Part shown: positions 13,569 to 26,398 of the stretch, piece after piece
Position numbering within the stretch: position 1 is the stretch's first letter
How the letters are laid out: each line of letters opens with the position of its first letter
DNA from: Octopus sinensis
Taxonomy: Eukaryota
Assembly (NCBI RefSeq): GCF_006345805.1
Contig: NC_043002.1
Coordinates: 56,110,001 to 56,174,000 of the forward strand
Length of the DNA stretch: 64,000 bases
Direction: 5' to 3'
Notes under the pieces: generated by a model
The model's input: the letters and a program-made list of their open reading frames with translations, nothing else
Databases searched by the model: none
Told to the model about the DNA's origin: nothing
Made by a program: the position numbers and the translations under genes

Positions 13569-14448
13569 AACACAAACAAAATATTGAAAACATTTGAATA
13601 ATGGTGAGCATATATTCAGGAAAAATTACACTAAATTGATGGAATAGTGCACACCTAAGTCTCTATATTGTCACCATTTAATGTCCAGCTTCTATACTTG
13701 CATCAGATGGGTGGTTTGACTTGAGTGCAACCAGTCAGAGGACTGTTCCATTGATCAGAACAACTAGAACCTTTATCATCATAACCAATGGAGTGCCAGT
13801 TATACATACACACTACAGGCATGGCTCTAGTTAAGAAGCCAACCAGGCGATCTGGGGTTCAGTCCCACTCTATGGCTCCTTAGGCAACTATCTTCTATTG
13901 TAGCCCCAAGCCAATCCAAATCTTGCGAGTAGAATTGGTAGATGAAAACTGTAAGAACGCCATCATATATGTGTGTGGTTGAGAATCAACAGTCACACCT
14001 GTTGATGGGAAGATTGATAAGCATATGTGGGGTGCACTGGGGGTATTGTCATCGCTTTCTAACAGCCACTTTCTCTGCTTGCATGGGTTCAACTGGAGCT
14101 CATATGGCCAACCCTCACTTGTTACTAAGTGGAATAATATTTCCCTATGGCTGAACATGTTTTACAGGAAAGCTAGGAAACAAGGGACATTGCTGGTATG
14201 ATGTTTACTTGTTTTATAATTAATGCATAACAGCAATTAGGAGATATAAACATACAAACATACACACACACACACGAATACATACAACAGATTTCTTTCG
14301 GTTTGTCTACAGGATCTACTCACAACTAGCAGGCATTTACACAAAATGGCATGCAATGAAACTGAACTTGGAACCTTGCATACATAATATACACATTAAA
14401 TACATGAATGTATGTGTGTGTGTGTGTGTGTGAATGCAAAAATATATC

Positions 14449-14795
14449 GTAGGAGTGGCTGTGTGGTAAGTAGCTTGCTTACCAACCACATGGTTCAGGA
14501 TTCAGTCCCACTGCGTGGCACCTTGGGAAAGTGTCTTCTTCTATAGCCTTTGGCCGACTAAAGCCTTGTGAATGGATTTGGTAGACGGAAACTGAAAGAA
14601 GCCCGCCGTATATATGTTTGTCCCCCCAACATCTCTTGACAACTGATGCTGGTGTGTTTAAATATCCTTAACTTAGCAGTTCTGATAGAATAAGTACTAG
14701 GCGTACAAAGTATAAGTCCTGGGGTCAATTTGATTCGACTAACGGCAGTGCTCCAGTATGACTGCAGTCAAATGACTGAAACAAGTAAAAGAATA
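14449..14795 (+). mobile_element. Full-length, well-preserved SINE A
   Basis: aggagtggctgtgtggtaagtagcttgc...tcagtcccactgcgtggcacc...cagtcaaatgactgaaacaagtaaaaga. Confidence 0.85.
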
Positions 14796-14811
14796 ACAGA
14801 ATATGTCATAA

Positions 14812-15121
14812 AAGGGTAAAGACCCTCTTCAGTCACAAATGACCATGGGATTGCCCCTAGAAAATTCCCATCCAAGGCAAAAGTCCAGGTAAGCAGCCAC
14901 CCATGCATACCAGCCTCCCCTCTCCCCACCACTTATATTATCCAAGGGAAAGGCAAAGGGGCTGATACAGCTTGGCACCAGTGATGTCGCAACTCATTTC
15001 TAAAGTTGAGTGAACTGGAGCAACGTGAAATAAAGTGTCTTGCTCAAGAACACAACCTACAGTCTGGTTTGGGAATTGAAATCACAGCCCCATGCTCTAA
15101 TCACTGAGCCATGTGCTTTCA
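14812..15121 (-). mobile_element. Different tRNA-derived SINE family (E)
   Basis: Minus strand: gcacatggctcagtgattagagc ... gtgttcttgagcaagacactttatttcacgttgctccagttcactc. Confidence 0.65.
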
Positions 15122-15144
15122 GTTTGTGTAATATGCATACAGGT

Positions 15145-15570
15145 ACAGGCATGACTGTGTAGTAAGAAGTTTGCTTCCCAATCACATGGTTCCAGGTTCA
15201 GTCCCACTGCATGGCACCTTGGGCAAGCACCTTCTACTATAGCCTCAGCCTAACCAAAGCTTTGGGAATGGGTTTGGTAGATTGAAGGCAGACATTAAAT
15301 GATGATGATGAAAAAAGGCCAACGTATATGTATGCATATATATATATGTATGTATGTATGCATGTGTGTTGGTGTTTGTCCCCCATCACTGCTTGACAAC
15401 TGGTGTTGGTATGTTTCTGTCCCTGTAACTTAGTGGTTTGACAAAGGCATAAAATGAGTACCAGGCTTTGAAAAAATAATAAGTACAGGAGTCAATTCAT
15501 TCAACTAAAGTCCTTCAAAGCAGTGCCCCAGCATGGCACAATCTAATGACTGAAACAAGTAAAAGATACA
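15145..15570 (+). mobile_element. SINE A copy with an internal insertion
   Basis: Head gcatgactgtgtagtaagaag, tail ...aatgactgaaacaagtaaaagat. Confidence 0.7.
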
Positions 15571-16287
15571 GAGTGTGTGTGTGTGCGTATACACACGCAT
15601 TTATACAAGAAATATATTTATAAATAAATTGTGTTTCTATAGCCTAGTACAACATGTTTTATTTTTTTTTTGTATCCTTTTCCTCAACAGAAGCCATGCA
15701 AAAACATCATGGATTGGACACAGAACTCCTCTAGTTAACACACACACGCCTCTGTGTGTGTGTGATAATCGTCAGCAATGGACAATGACTCCACTTGAAA
15801 TATCTTGGGTGGAATCCTAAATAACTACAACTGAATGCACATCATTGATGTCCTCCAGTATCTTCACTACTCACCTGCTGTAGTCCAGCCATCAGGTATC
15901 AATGTTAATCCCTTTTGTGTTAGCTTTAGGTACAAGCTATCTTAGAATGCCATCTACCCCCAACTACTGGTACCACACCAAACCAGTGCATGGATTATTG
16001 CACCAATATCTCAGTTTCTTGCAAAAAAGCTCAGCTTTTCTCTATAATGAAACTGTTCCTCCTGACTTTGTCTTTCCTTGTGATGTTCAGGTGTGCAAGT
16101 GTCAGGCTATACATGCATTTTTTCATTTTTTTTTTTACCCACTTGCACGTGCTTATAATAGCCAGATTACCAATTTGTGATTAAATATAAAAAAATATAG
16201 GCAATCTATTACCTAATATAAGTGCATCAGGGTTTTTTGTGACACACGGAATTTTGAGCAACTATATATAGTGCTCAAAATTCCGTG

Positions 16288-16337
<50 letters not shown>

Positions 16338-16669
16338 CATACAGTTGTGTATATGTATGTATATATAGGTGCGTGTGTGTATACATATACAAACATTTGA
16401 GGCTATACACACACACACACACATCTATGTCCACATATATAAACACACATTTGTGTCTATTCGCACACACGTTTATATATATATGTATACACAGACACAC
16501 TTGTGTCAATACATATATACAAACACCAATATATATATATATATGCAAATATATATATATACACACACACACACATGCACACCTGTGTTATATACAAACA
16601 CCTGTATCTATATATACATAAACACACCTGTGTTTATAAATACAGACACAGATGTGTGTGTATTAATTT

Positions 16670-16985
16670 TTTTTATTTATTTCAGTTATCTGACTGCAGC
16701 CATCAACCCTAGGACTTATTCTTTGTAAGCCTAGTACTTATTCTATCAGTCTCTTTTGCCGAAACGCTTGGTTATGGGGACGTAAACACACCAACATCAG
16801 TTGTCAAGCGATAGTGGTGGGGGGTGCAAACACCAGACACACAAACATGTATATATATACAATGGGCTTCTTTCTGTCTACCAAATCCACTCACAAGACA
16901 CTTACCCAAGATGCCATGCAGTGGGACTGAACCTGGAACCATATGGTTGGTAAGCAAGCTACTTACCACACAGCCACTCCTGAGC
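16670..16985 (-). mobile_element. SINE A copy
   Basis: Reverse complement of head and tail, with a short internal deletion. Confidence 0.75.
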
Positions 16986-17181
16986 CTATACATACATAAT
17001 ATATATATATATATATATATACAACACACACCTATGTCTATATATGCACACACACTCGTGTCTATATATATGCTCAGACACGCACACATCTGTGTCTATA
17101 CACACACATTTGGTATGTCCCAAAGGATTAGTATTAAACCTCCCACAGAAAATCTAGGGCAGCAAAAGCGGGTGTATATAC

Positions 17182-17239
<58 letters not shown>

Positions 17240-17241
17240 TA

Positions 17242-17277
<36 letters not shown>

Positions 17278-18878
17278 CATATCTGTGTTGTGTATATAGA
17301 CATACCTGTCTACACACACACACACATACATACACTTGTGTCTAAATATATGTGCACACACACATTCGAATGTCTAAACGTATATCTGAGAGTGTTTTTG
17401 TATCTCGCGAAGGTCTCTATGCCAATGAGTAGGAAAAACATGTCTTGCCTTTTACTCGTGTCAGTCACTGGGCAGCGACCATACTGGTGCACTGCCTTGA
17501 AGAGTTCCGTAGAATAGATCGACTCTTATGCTTATTTTCAAATCTGGTACTTATTCTATCGGTTCTTTGAGCAAACTGCTAAGTTATGGAGGGCATAACA
17601 CCGTTTGTCGAGCGATGGTGGGGGGAGCAAAGAGAGACACACAAGCTTTCTTCGTTTCCTTCAATCTGGTAATATTATAAGACACTTGCTGTAAAGGGGC
17701 CGAACCCAAAACCACGTGGATGCCGAACGAGATTTTTTAACCATACACCCATGCCTGCACACACACACACACACACGTAAGAGTATCCCCATATATCTAT
17801 AACATCCTACAGACAAACCGATGTGAACAAGTTAAGTAAAAGTCGCTATTAGCAGAAGATAGGGTTTGTCCCAAAGGATTAGCATTAAACCTCCCACAGA
17901 CAATCTAACGCAGCCAAAGCGGGTATGCGGCTTGTACCGTGTGTGTGTGTGTGTGCTTATATGTGCGTGTGACATGCTAAACATTTCAAATTTTATAAAA
18001 GGAAAGCAGATTTGCTTCTGTTGTAAAAAAAAAAACTCAACCCCGGATATAGAATATACAAGCAGGATATTGAATACGATTACATTAAATACACACAAGC
18101 ATAAGCACACACACATATATATATAGTGTGTGTGTGTGTCCAACACACATATGCAGGTGACAGAGACAGGGAGGGAGTGTTTGTGAGTATATACATACAT
18201 ATACGTCGTACACACACACACACACAATCTTTCGTTCCAAACAAATACTACAAATTCAGGCCCGACAGTGCATGTGTGTGTGTGTGCGTAGAAAGCCTCA
18301 ACCTACGATGACACAAGACAGTAATTAGGCAAGTGTGATTAGAACTGATTTCGTAACAACCAACTCCATGGGCCAACAGTTATCAGAATTATATACTTAT
18401 ATGTATGTTGATCATATTTACTCAAAAGGAATGTTTTTACAAATAAAATATATCTCGAAAATAAAACACCGCCCCAACCACCACCATTTGGTACAAAGAC
18501 TGCAATGATTAACAACTGTAATGTCTTCGGCTGGAGGAAGCAAGACAGTATATAGTTTAGTGGGGTGAACATTTCGACACGGGTGGATGTTTATGACAAT
18601 ACATACATACATATATATATACACACACACACACACAAGAATGTTTTTCGTCTAGTCTGTTCCAACAACACAAATAATATGACAAGGATATATTGTACGA
18701 TGGCCAAATTATATTGGTGTGAGGTGTCTATCAGGGACAGAGAAAGATTGTAGTTGAGACAGGAGTTGGTGTTTTCGGTTAGGAAAAGATTCATGATATT
18801 GGAAGGTGTTAATTACACACACACACACGTACACTGCCACACACATATATATATATATATATATATTTAGAGAAATTC

Positions 18879-18917
18879 ACAGACTATGAAGAGTTTAGAA
18901 CCTCGAAACATTTCTGT
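18879..18917 (+). ncRNA. Degenerate minimal type-I hammerhead-like motif
   Basis: ACAGA-CU(-)AUGA-A-GAG[UUUAGAAC]CUC-GAAA-CAUU-UCUGU. Stems I and II pair, but the core lacks G5 and CGUU appears as CAUU (CpG decay). Confidence 0.4.
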
Positions 18918-19311
18918 TAATTCATTTTAAATCATCTGTTCATAACCTGTTTTAACTTCAACCAACGTTTAGAACTATACGTTTCGACTTACGGAAGTTT
19001 AAAGCAGTTATTGATCTAATAAAGATTAAAAAAAAAAAGTTGTTTCTTTTGTCATAAACCCATACACACGCGCACGCATCTTGATAAACAAGGCGTTTAC
19101 ATTATTAACACAGACAAGCGTCATTTAATTGGATTAATCAAGAGGTTCTCATAAAACAAACATGAACACGTTCATAAAGAACATACTTCAGTGTAAATGA
19201 AATGTAATTATATAAAAACATATTTTATAGATATGTGTGTAAATGAGTGTGGATATATGGCAGTGGAAGAAAACATTGTTAATGTGTAAGTTGGGTCTAG
19301 CTGGTACTTAC

Positions 19312-19363
19312 CTACACCGTACTTCTCTTTGGAGGGTCTCCATACATTATTCTCATCTCCCAT
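19312..19363 (-). CDS. DOCK: First coding exon of a DOCK-A/B family Rac GEF (DOCK1-5; paralogue not resolved), start of the N-terminal SH3 region
   Basis: The minus strand reads ATG GGA GAT GAG AAT AAT GTA TGG AGA CCC TCC AAA GAG AAG TAC GGT GTA G|GTAAGT, giving MGDENNVWRPSKEKYGV plus a phase-1 consensus donor. WRPSKEKYGV matches the remembered DOCK1/3/4/5 start (WVPTKREEKYGV, WIPTKRQKYGV, WTPTEEEKYGV), where exon 1 also ends after KYGV in phase 1. Kozak context is gacATGg. No exon 2 was found in the window. Confidence 0.75.
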
Positions 19364-20306
19364 GTCGCTGCTAGTATTGCTCCATAGATCCGACTGAATG
19401 GGAGACTGGCAAAATGGAAAGCAAGCAGTGATGGGTAAGCCCACGGAAATGTATTGTTTCCAAGGATAGCTTTTATGGTTGAGGCAAAAGCTACAATGAA
19501 CAGATTCTTCCGCTCCCGTCGTTCGAGAAACTCAATGAATGAAATAAGGAAGGAAAGAAGAAACGGGGGGAGGCTAATTTTTGTGGCGGGGGACGATCAA
19601 AAGGAGGGCAGAGAGAAAAGGAAGATTTCTGTGATCCTTACTTGAATAACATTCCTTTTCATTACCTACAAAGCTTGTTTGAATCAATGAATAAAATCTA
19701 CATACACATAGATTGGTGCGATGTGTGTAAGAATATACATACAAATACGTATGTATGTGTGTGTGTGTATTATATATATATATATATATATACACGTACG
19801 TTTTTTTTTTATCTTTACATTCCTGTGGTTGAATTAAATCAAAGATTGCAAGATGCCATTTAAAAATATATATGCATTTATAATATATATATATATATAT
19901 ATTTATATAGCCTCTGTAAAAAGCATATCAGCAAATAAATGTTTTTAATAATGTGTGTAATATGTGTGTGTGTGTATGTGAATGTGTGTGTATTTGTGGG
20001 TATATGTCACATTTTCAATAACCCCCCCGAGGTGAGACTTCTAGGAGCTGCCACTATCACAAACTGTATGGCAGGCAGCACCAGTTGCTGCTGCTGCTAC
20101 TATCACTGCTGTTGTTGCCGCTGCTGCAACAGCCATACATGTTGACGATCGTATATGTGTGCGTGTGTGTGTGTGATTAGTAGCAACAGAGGTGTCGAGA
20201 GAGAAAAAGGGGGTCGAGAAACCAAGTGGTAAACACAAGGACGAACCCCACGGTGCGCGCGTGTGCTTGTCTTTGTGGGAAAGTGAAGCTGGGTTGAATT
20301 GGAGGA

Positions 20307-20320
20307 GTCACGTGACGTCA
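20307..20320. promoter_or_regulatory. Overlapping palindromic E-box (GTCACGTGAC, USF/MiT-TFE CLEAR type) and full CRE (TGACGTCA) in the putative DOCK promoter zone
   Basis: GTCACGTGACGTCA lies about 950 bp upstream of the DOCK ATG in unique, CpG-retaining sequence, with an ETS-like CTTCCTG at about 20343. Confidence 0.55.
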
Positions 20321-20387
20321 ACTGGTCATCACTTTCTCTCCTCTTCCTGCCACTACTCCCACTTCACGTCTCATGCACTTTGACCTT

Positions 20388-20419
<32 letters not shown>

Positions 20420-21439
20420 TCTCTCTCGTATTTCCCTCTCTTTCTCTCTCTTGCTTTTTATCTTTCTCATTGTTGTCGTTTCGATGGACACTCGGAACAA
20501 GCTTTTAACTCGCTTACGAAGACAATGACAATGTGTATATATTTATATACTTAATCAGTCATATATGTATATTGTATGCGTGCATTTATATACACGCATT
20601 ATATGCATATGTGCCACAGTTAAAAATATGAATATAATATATCTATGCCATGTATCTGGCGCATTTTCAATTTTTTCCCTTCCCTTCATTAGGAAATTTC
20701 CGATTATAATATATAAATATTACACACACATGCATATATACTCGTACACATACATACAAGCACAATCACATGCACCCACACACACACATATAATCACACT
20801 ACAAGCCCACACGTGTTGATTCATATACGCATACATGAGATATATATTATACACACACATGTATGCATGCATAATACATACATACACACACACACCCAAT
20901 CACATGAATAGAGGTTTAGAAAACCCCCCTTTATGGTATGCTCTCAAGCATGTGCCTACCACCATACCCTTGTGTAGAAGACGACCCTACAAATGTCTAT
21001 GATTCACCCAAGTACGGATATTATTTTATAGGACGTCACGATGTTGGATTTTCCTTTTTTTTCTTTTCTTATTGCTTATTGTCATCGTTTATGTATTCCG
21101 ACGTCTTGTTGGTGACTCGTCAATCGTTAAGACCATCAGCTTCTTCCCTGTAACATTATCTTCGATACTACATATATGAATTGATGATTTCTGTTCAATC
21201 AGTAATTATGATTTTGCTATTGATAACATTTGGGCAACTACTGACAAAAATAAACATAAACTAGAACAATTGAAACGCATGCAAAGCAGTTTAACCCCTT
21301 TGCAACTTAAATTTTAAGAATCATAATTCATTAGGTGGTTGTAATCGCTGCGTTTATTGGCTTCTTTACTCTTCTTTTCATACATAGGTCTATGTCTGTC
21401 TGTATATATGTATGTATGATGTATATATGCATGGGTGTG

Positions 21440-21451
21440 CGTAAATATATA

Positions 21452-21527
<76 letters not shown>

Positions 21528-21585
21528 GATATATATATATATGTATATATATATATATTATATATATATTATATGTATATATATA

Positions 21586-21618
<33 letters not shown>

Positions 21619-21653
21619 TGTTATATATATATATGTATTATATATATATATAA

Positions 21654-21684
<31 letters not shown>

Positions 21685-21742
21685 CTATATATATATATAT
21701 ATGTATATAATATATATATATATATGATATATATATATTATG

Positions 21743-21773
<31 letters not shown>

Positions 21774-22002
21774 GTAATATATATATGTATATATATATAT
21801 ATGTATATATATATATGTAATATATATATAGTATATATATATATGTATATATTATATATTATATGTAATATATATATAATATATATGTATTATATATATA
21901 TATGTATATATATATTATATGTATATATATAATATATATATTATATATATAATATATGTATATATATATATATGTATATTATATATATATATAATATATA
22001 TA

Positions 22003-22048
<46 letters not shown>

Positions 22049-22060
22049 TATATATGTATA

Positions 22061-22126
<66 letters not shown>

Positions 22127-22207
22127 GATATATATATATATAATGTATATATATTATATGTATATATATCTATATATATATATATTATATGTATATATAT
22201 ATATATA

Positions 22208-22260
<53 letters not shown>
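21440..22260. repeat. About 0.8-kb interrupted (TA)n microsatellite
   Basis: Almost pure TA with sporadic G or extra T/A. Confidence 0.95.
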
Positions 22261-22262
<2 letters not shown>

Positions 22263-22584
22263 CATACAAACATACATATATACATGTAAAGAGAATGAAA
22301 GTTACATACATAGAGAGAGAGAAACATACAGAGAGAGAGGAAGAGAAGTAGAAATACAGATAGAAAGAGAGAGAGAGATGTAGTTGTCCAATAAGTTTTC
22401 ATAAGTCAGAAAATGTATCAGGAAATAGAGTGGGTATATTATTTATATAGTATTATAAATTGAGTTTCATAACAGCCAATTTCATGTTACCGAACGGTTT
22501 CGTGTTAAAAAAAAAATTCATTGTGGGAATGTAATTTCACAATCGGGAACACAAAAAGACTGTTAGTAGACTAAATTTATTTTA

Positions 22585-22611
<27 letters not shown>

Positions 22612-22622
<11 letters not shown>

Positions 22623-22795
22623 CAACAACAACAACAACAACAATAATAACAATAACAACAACATACACACACATACATACAAAGAGAGAGAGATTTATAT
22701 ATAATAATAACAACAACAACAACAATAATAACAATAACAACAACATACACACACATACATACAAAGAGAGAGAGATTTATATATATATATATATA
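22612..22795. repeat. Tandem duplication of a compound microsatellite block, period about 82 bp
   Basis: catacacacacatacatacaaagagagagagatttatat occurs at 22662 and 22744. Confidence 0.8.
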
Positions 22796-22881
22796 TACAC
22801 ATTATCGACAGTATTATACATCCATCACGGCTGAGCTTGTATATACACGCGCGAGCATGCACACACACACACACATAAGCA

Positions 22882-23700
22882 AAAGCGTGGCTCTGTGGTA
22901 AGAAGTTTGCTTCCCAACCACATGGTTCCAGGTTTAGTTCCAAAGGCGCGGCACCTTGGGCAAGTATTTTCTGCTGTAGTCCCGGGCCAGATTTGGTAGA
23001 CGGAAACTGAAAGAAACCCGTCATTTGTGTGTGTGTGTGACAACCAATATTGGTGTGTTTACCAGGAGCGAGCTGGCAGAATCATTAGCACGCTGGGCGA
23101 AATGCTTAGCGGTATTTCGTCTGCCGCTACGTTCTGAGTTCAAATTCCGCCGAGGTCGACTTTACCTTTCATCCTTTCGGTGTCGATAAATTAAGTACCA
23201 GTTACGCACTGGTGTGTATATATAGTCGACTTAATCCGTTTGTCTGTCCTTGTTTGTCCCTTATGTGTACCCTTGTGGGTAGTAAAGAAATAAGTATTTC
23301 GTCTGCCGCTAAGTTCTGAGTTCAAATTCTGCTGAGGTTAACTTTGACTTTCATCCTTTTGGGGTCGATTAAATAAGTACCATTTATGCACTGGGGTCGA
23401 TATAATCGACTTAATCTGTTTGTCTGTCCTTGTTTGTCCTCTCTGTGTTTAGCCCCTTGTGGATAGTAAAGAAATAGGTATTTTGTCTGTCTTTACGTCC
23501 TAAGTTCAAATTCCACCGAGGTTGACTTTGCCTTTCATAGTTGCGTACTTTCATAGTTGCGTACTGGAGTCAATCTAATCGACTGGTTCCCTCCCCAAAA
23601 ATTTCGGGCCTTGTGCCAAAAATAGAAAAGAATATTGGTGTGTTTACGTCCCCGTAACTTAGCAGCTCGGCAAAAGAAAGACCGAGAGAATAAGTACAAA
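22882..23700. mobile_element. SINE A head interrupted by a SINE B tandem multimer (23063-23537), then SINE B (-) and SINE A tail pieces
   Basis: tattt(c/t)gtctg unit starts at 23113, 23295 and 23479. Confidence 0.7.
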
Positions 23701-23734
23701 AAATAAAAATAAAATGAAGGAAATTGTTGTATAC

Positions 23735-25325
23735 AGTGCTTAGGTGCACTACAACTTAAAAAAAAAAAACAGGCCACCAGGTGTACCGTCGGCGGATTTC
23801 AGGAAGCATGGAAGTTCTGAAGGATGTAGTATCTCGACAGCTAACAACTGATGTGGGTAGTTAATTTTACGCTTCAGCAATTCTGAACGTGAAAAAATGT
23901 TTCCGAAAGTCATGGGTGCTGTGTTGTTTTTGATTTTGTGAACATGTCCAAGAGTGTTTGACATATGGAATTCAAAAAGGTTGGTGTTGTTGGAAAGATG
24001 GTGGATAATCTTGTGGGTGTCTACCAAGTCAGTTGCCAGACGTTTGAGCTTCAATGCATCCATGCCCAGGGAAGCAAGACATTCAGAGTATGGTAGATGT
24101 CTGACGGCGGGTATTCGTTTTGTTGCACGTTTCTGAACAGTTTCCACGAGATTTATATGCTGAGCAAGTTAAGGGTTCCAGACTGGTGATGCAAATTCCG
24201 AGTGTGGGCGTACCATTGTCGTATACAATTTTAAATAGATAGCTGGAGAGCGGCTGACAAAGGTCTTACTGAGTGATGCTGGCACTCCCTCAGCCTTCTT
24301 GACAATCTTAGCGATGTGGTTTGTCCAAAGCAGATCGTTGTTTACAATAATGCCAAGATCATGTTCGCTAGAAGACTTCTTGAGATTGGTGTTGCTGAGG
24401 GAGTATGCAAAGGCTGGATTTTCCCTCCCCAAATGCATGGTGATGTACTTGTCCACAGCTAGCTTGAGTTGCCAGTCAGAGATCCATTGCTACATTGTAT
24501 CCAGGTCTGATTGCATGAAAAATCTATAGCGCATAAGATCTGTTCTTTTAATTTCGAAGTACAACTTGAGATCATCTGCATATTTCAGCACTGTAACGTT
24601 CCTCAAGTTGGCATCTACATAATTAATATATGCAACAAACAGTAGGGGTCCAAGAGCGGATCCCTGTGGTACACCAGAAATCATCTCGTAGGATAAAAAA
24701 TGATGTCTTAGAATCGTAACTGCCACTTTCCGACCGCAAATGAAGGACTTCAGCCAGTTATAGAGATCATCCTTCACACCCACTGCAGAAAGTTTTACCA
24801 TGAGTCGTTTGTGTGATACAGAGTTGGAGGCTTTAGCAAAATCAAGGTAGACAGCATCCACCCATGAGCCACCATCAGAATCTCTGGTGGTGTCCTCAAG
24901 AAACTCGATGAGCTGACCACAGCAGCTGGAGTTGGGGATAAAACCAAATTGTGAAGGTCGAATAAGGCTGTAAGGGTTCCAAAAGTTCCAGATTGTTTCT
25001 CTGACACAGGACTCCATCAGTTTGGCGATGCAGCTAATAAGGCTGACTAGACGGTAATTGACAGGTGATATGCGATCACCTTTTTTGAACAGGGGAACAA
25101 CACTAGCAATTTTCCAGTGCTCTGGAGTGACACAATTGTTAACGCAGAATTGAAAAAGGAAGAAAACTGGTGCAATAGAAAGAATTCAGCACGTGTGAAA
25201 AGCAAATAATTAACAGCATCAAGACTTACACGTAGATATACATACATGTGACACCCGTTGCACCTGTACAGGTAATGTTGATCTGATGGAGGGAGTGAGA
25301 TTATGTCTACACAAACATTTGATCA
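23735..25325 (-). mobile_element. CR1-type LINE reverse transcriptase plus 3' end, frameshifted and 5'-truncated
   Basis: QFGF, VDAVYLDFAKA, SGVPQGSALGPLLF, KYADDLKL, PHSEFASPVWNP, ETVQKRATKRIP. Confidence 0.9.
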
Positions 25326-26398
25326 CTATAAACAAATCATCTGTGTGGTTGTTCGATAGGGAAATACAGAACCCTCATACGTCGTCTAACGACGGGAGAA
25401 TCCATCATGTGTGTGTGTGTCTCCATCGCTTGACAACCGATCTCGGTGCATTTACGTCCCCGTAACTTAGCGGTTCGGCAAAAAATACCGATAGAATAAG
25501 TACCAGGCTTACAAAGAATAAGTCCAGAGGTCGATTCCTTCGACTAAAAGGCAGTGCTCCAGCATGGCCACAGTCAAATCACTGAAACAAATAAAAGAAT
25601 AAAAGTATTCCTCAAGAGACGTTACATACATATGTATGTGTACACACATACATATACATAGATAAATAGCTACATAAACAGAGTTTACATGCATGCATGC
25701 ATGCAAGCAGCATACAGATACGTAAAATTTTAATTGATTTTCTCTCCCAAACCGTAACAGAAGAATGAGATAGGTAGATAAATAGAAAGATAGTGAGAGA
25801 GAGAAAGAGAGGTAAATAAAGAGAGAGAGAGAAAGAAAGAAAGAAAGAAGGAGCATAAAAGAGAAAGCGAGAGAGAGAGAGGTTGTGTAGAGCATCTCCC
25901 TTAGCTGTATTGACTGTAAGATAAAAGAGTGACAAGCTTAGATGAGGGAGAATGAAAAGATTTTAACTGGAATCTACTAAAAACATTTAGCACGTGTATT
26001 GATGGCCCAATGTCAAGTAGCGGGGAAGAGGGTGGCAGTGAACTACTTACTTCGCAGGAAGAGTTATTTCACTCGCTCAAGGTCATGCTGCAATTTATTT
26101 CTCAAAACATAAGGACACTACTGACTCGTCTACAGAATCAATAACAGTATATTGCTGGTATTTATTTTAATTGATTTCCGAGTGTAGATAGACGAAACTA
26201 GAAAGACTAAGATCTTATTTAGTTCACAACGATCCTAGTAATACTTGTCAACTTTACTGCAATTGTTGTGAATTAAAATCGTATGAAAATTACAAAATGA
26301 CATGAAAAAGTAGGTTATTTTCGAGATATAACAATCGACTGAACGACAATAATAACTATTACATTTATATTCATGTTTTCTTCAAACTTAATACTTCA

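Noticed and set aside
14449-14520. tRNA genes suggested by A- and B-boxes
   Set aside because: These are SINE heads continuing into family bodies; no complete cloverleaf was seen.
19364-19444. GTG-initiated N-terminal extension in the ORF track (MGLPITAC...)
   Set aside because: No ATG; the first in-frame ATG is at 19363. Part of it is considered only as a possible spliced extension.
21335-22402. YI/IY-repeat ORFs (also at 16.2-17.3 kb and 60.1-60.8 kb)
   Set aside because: Translations of (TA)n.
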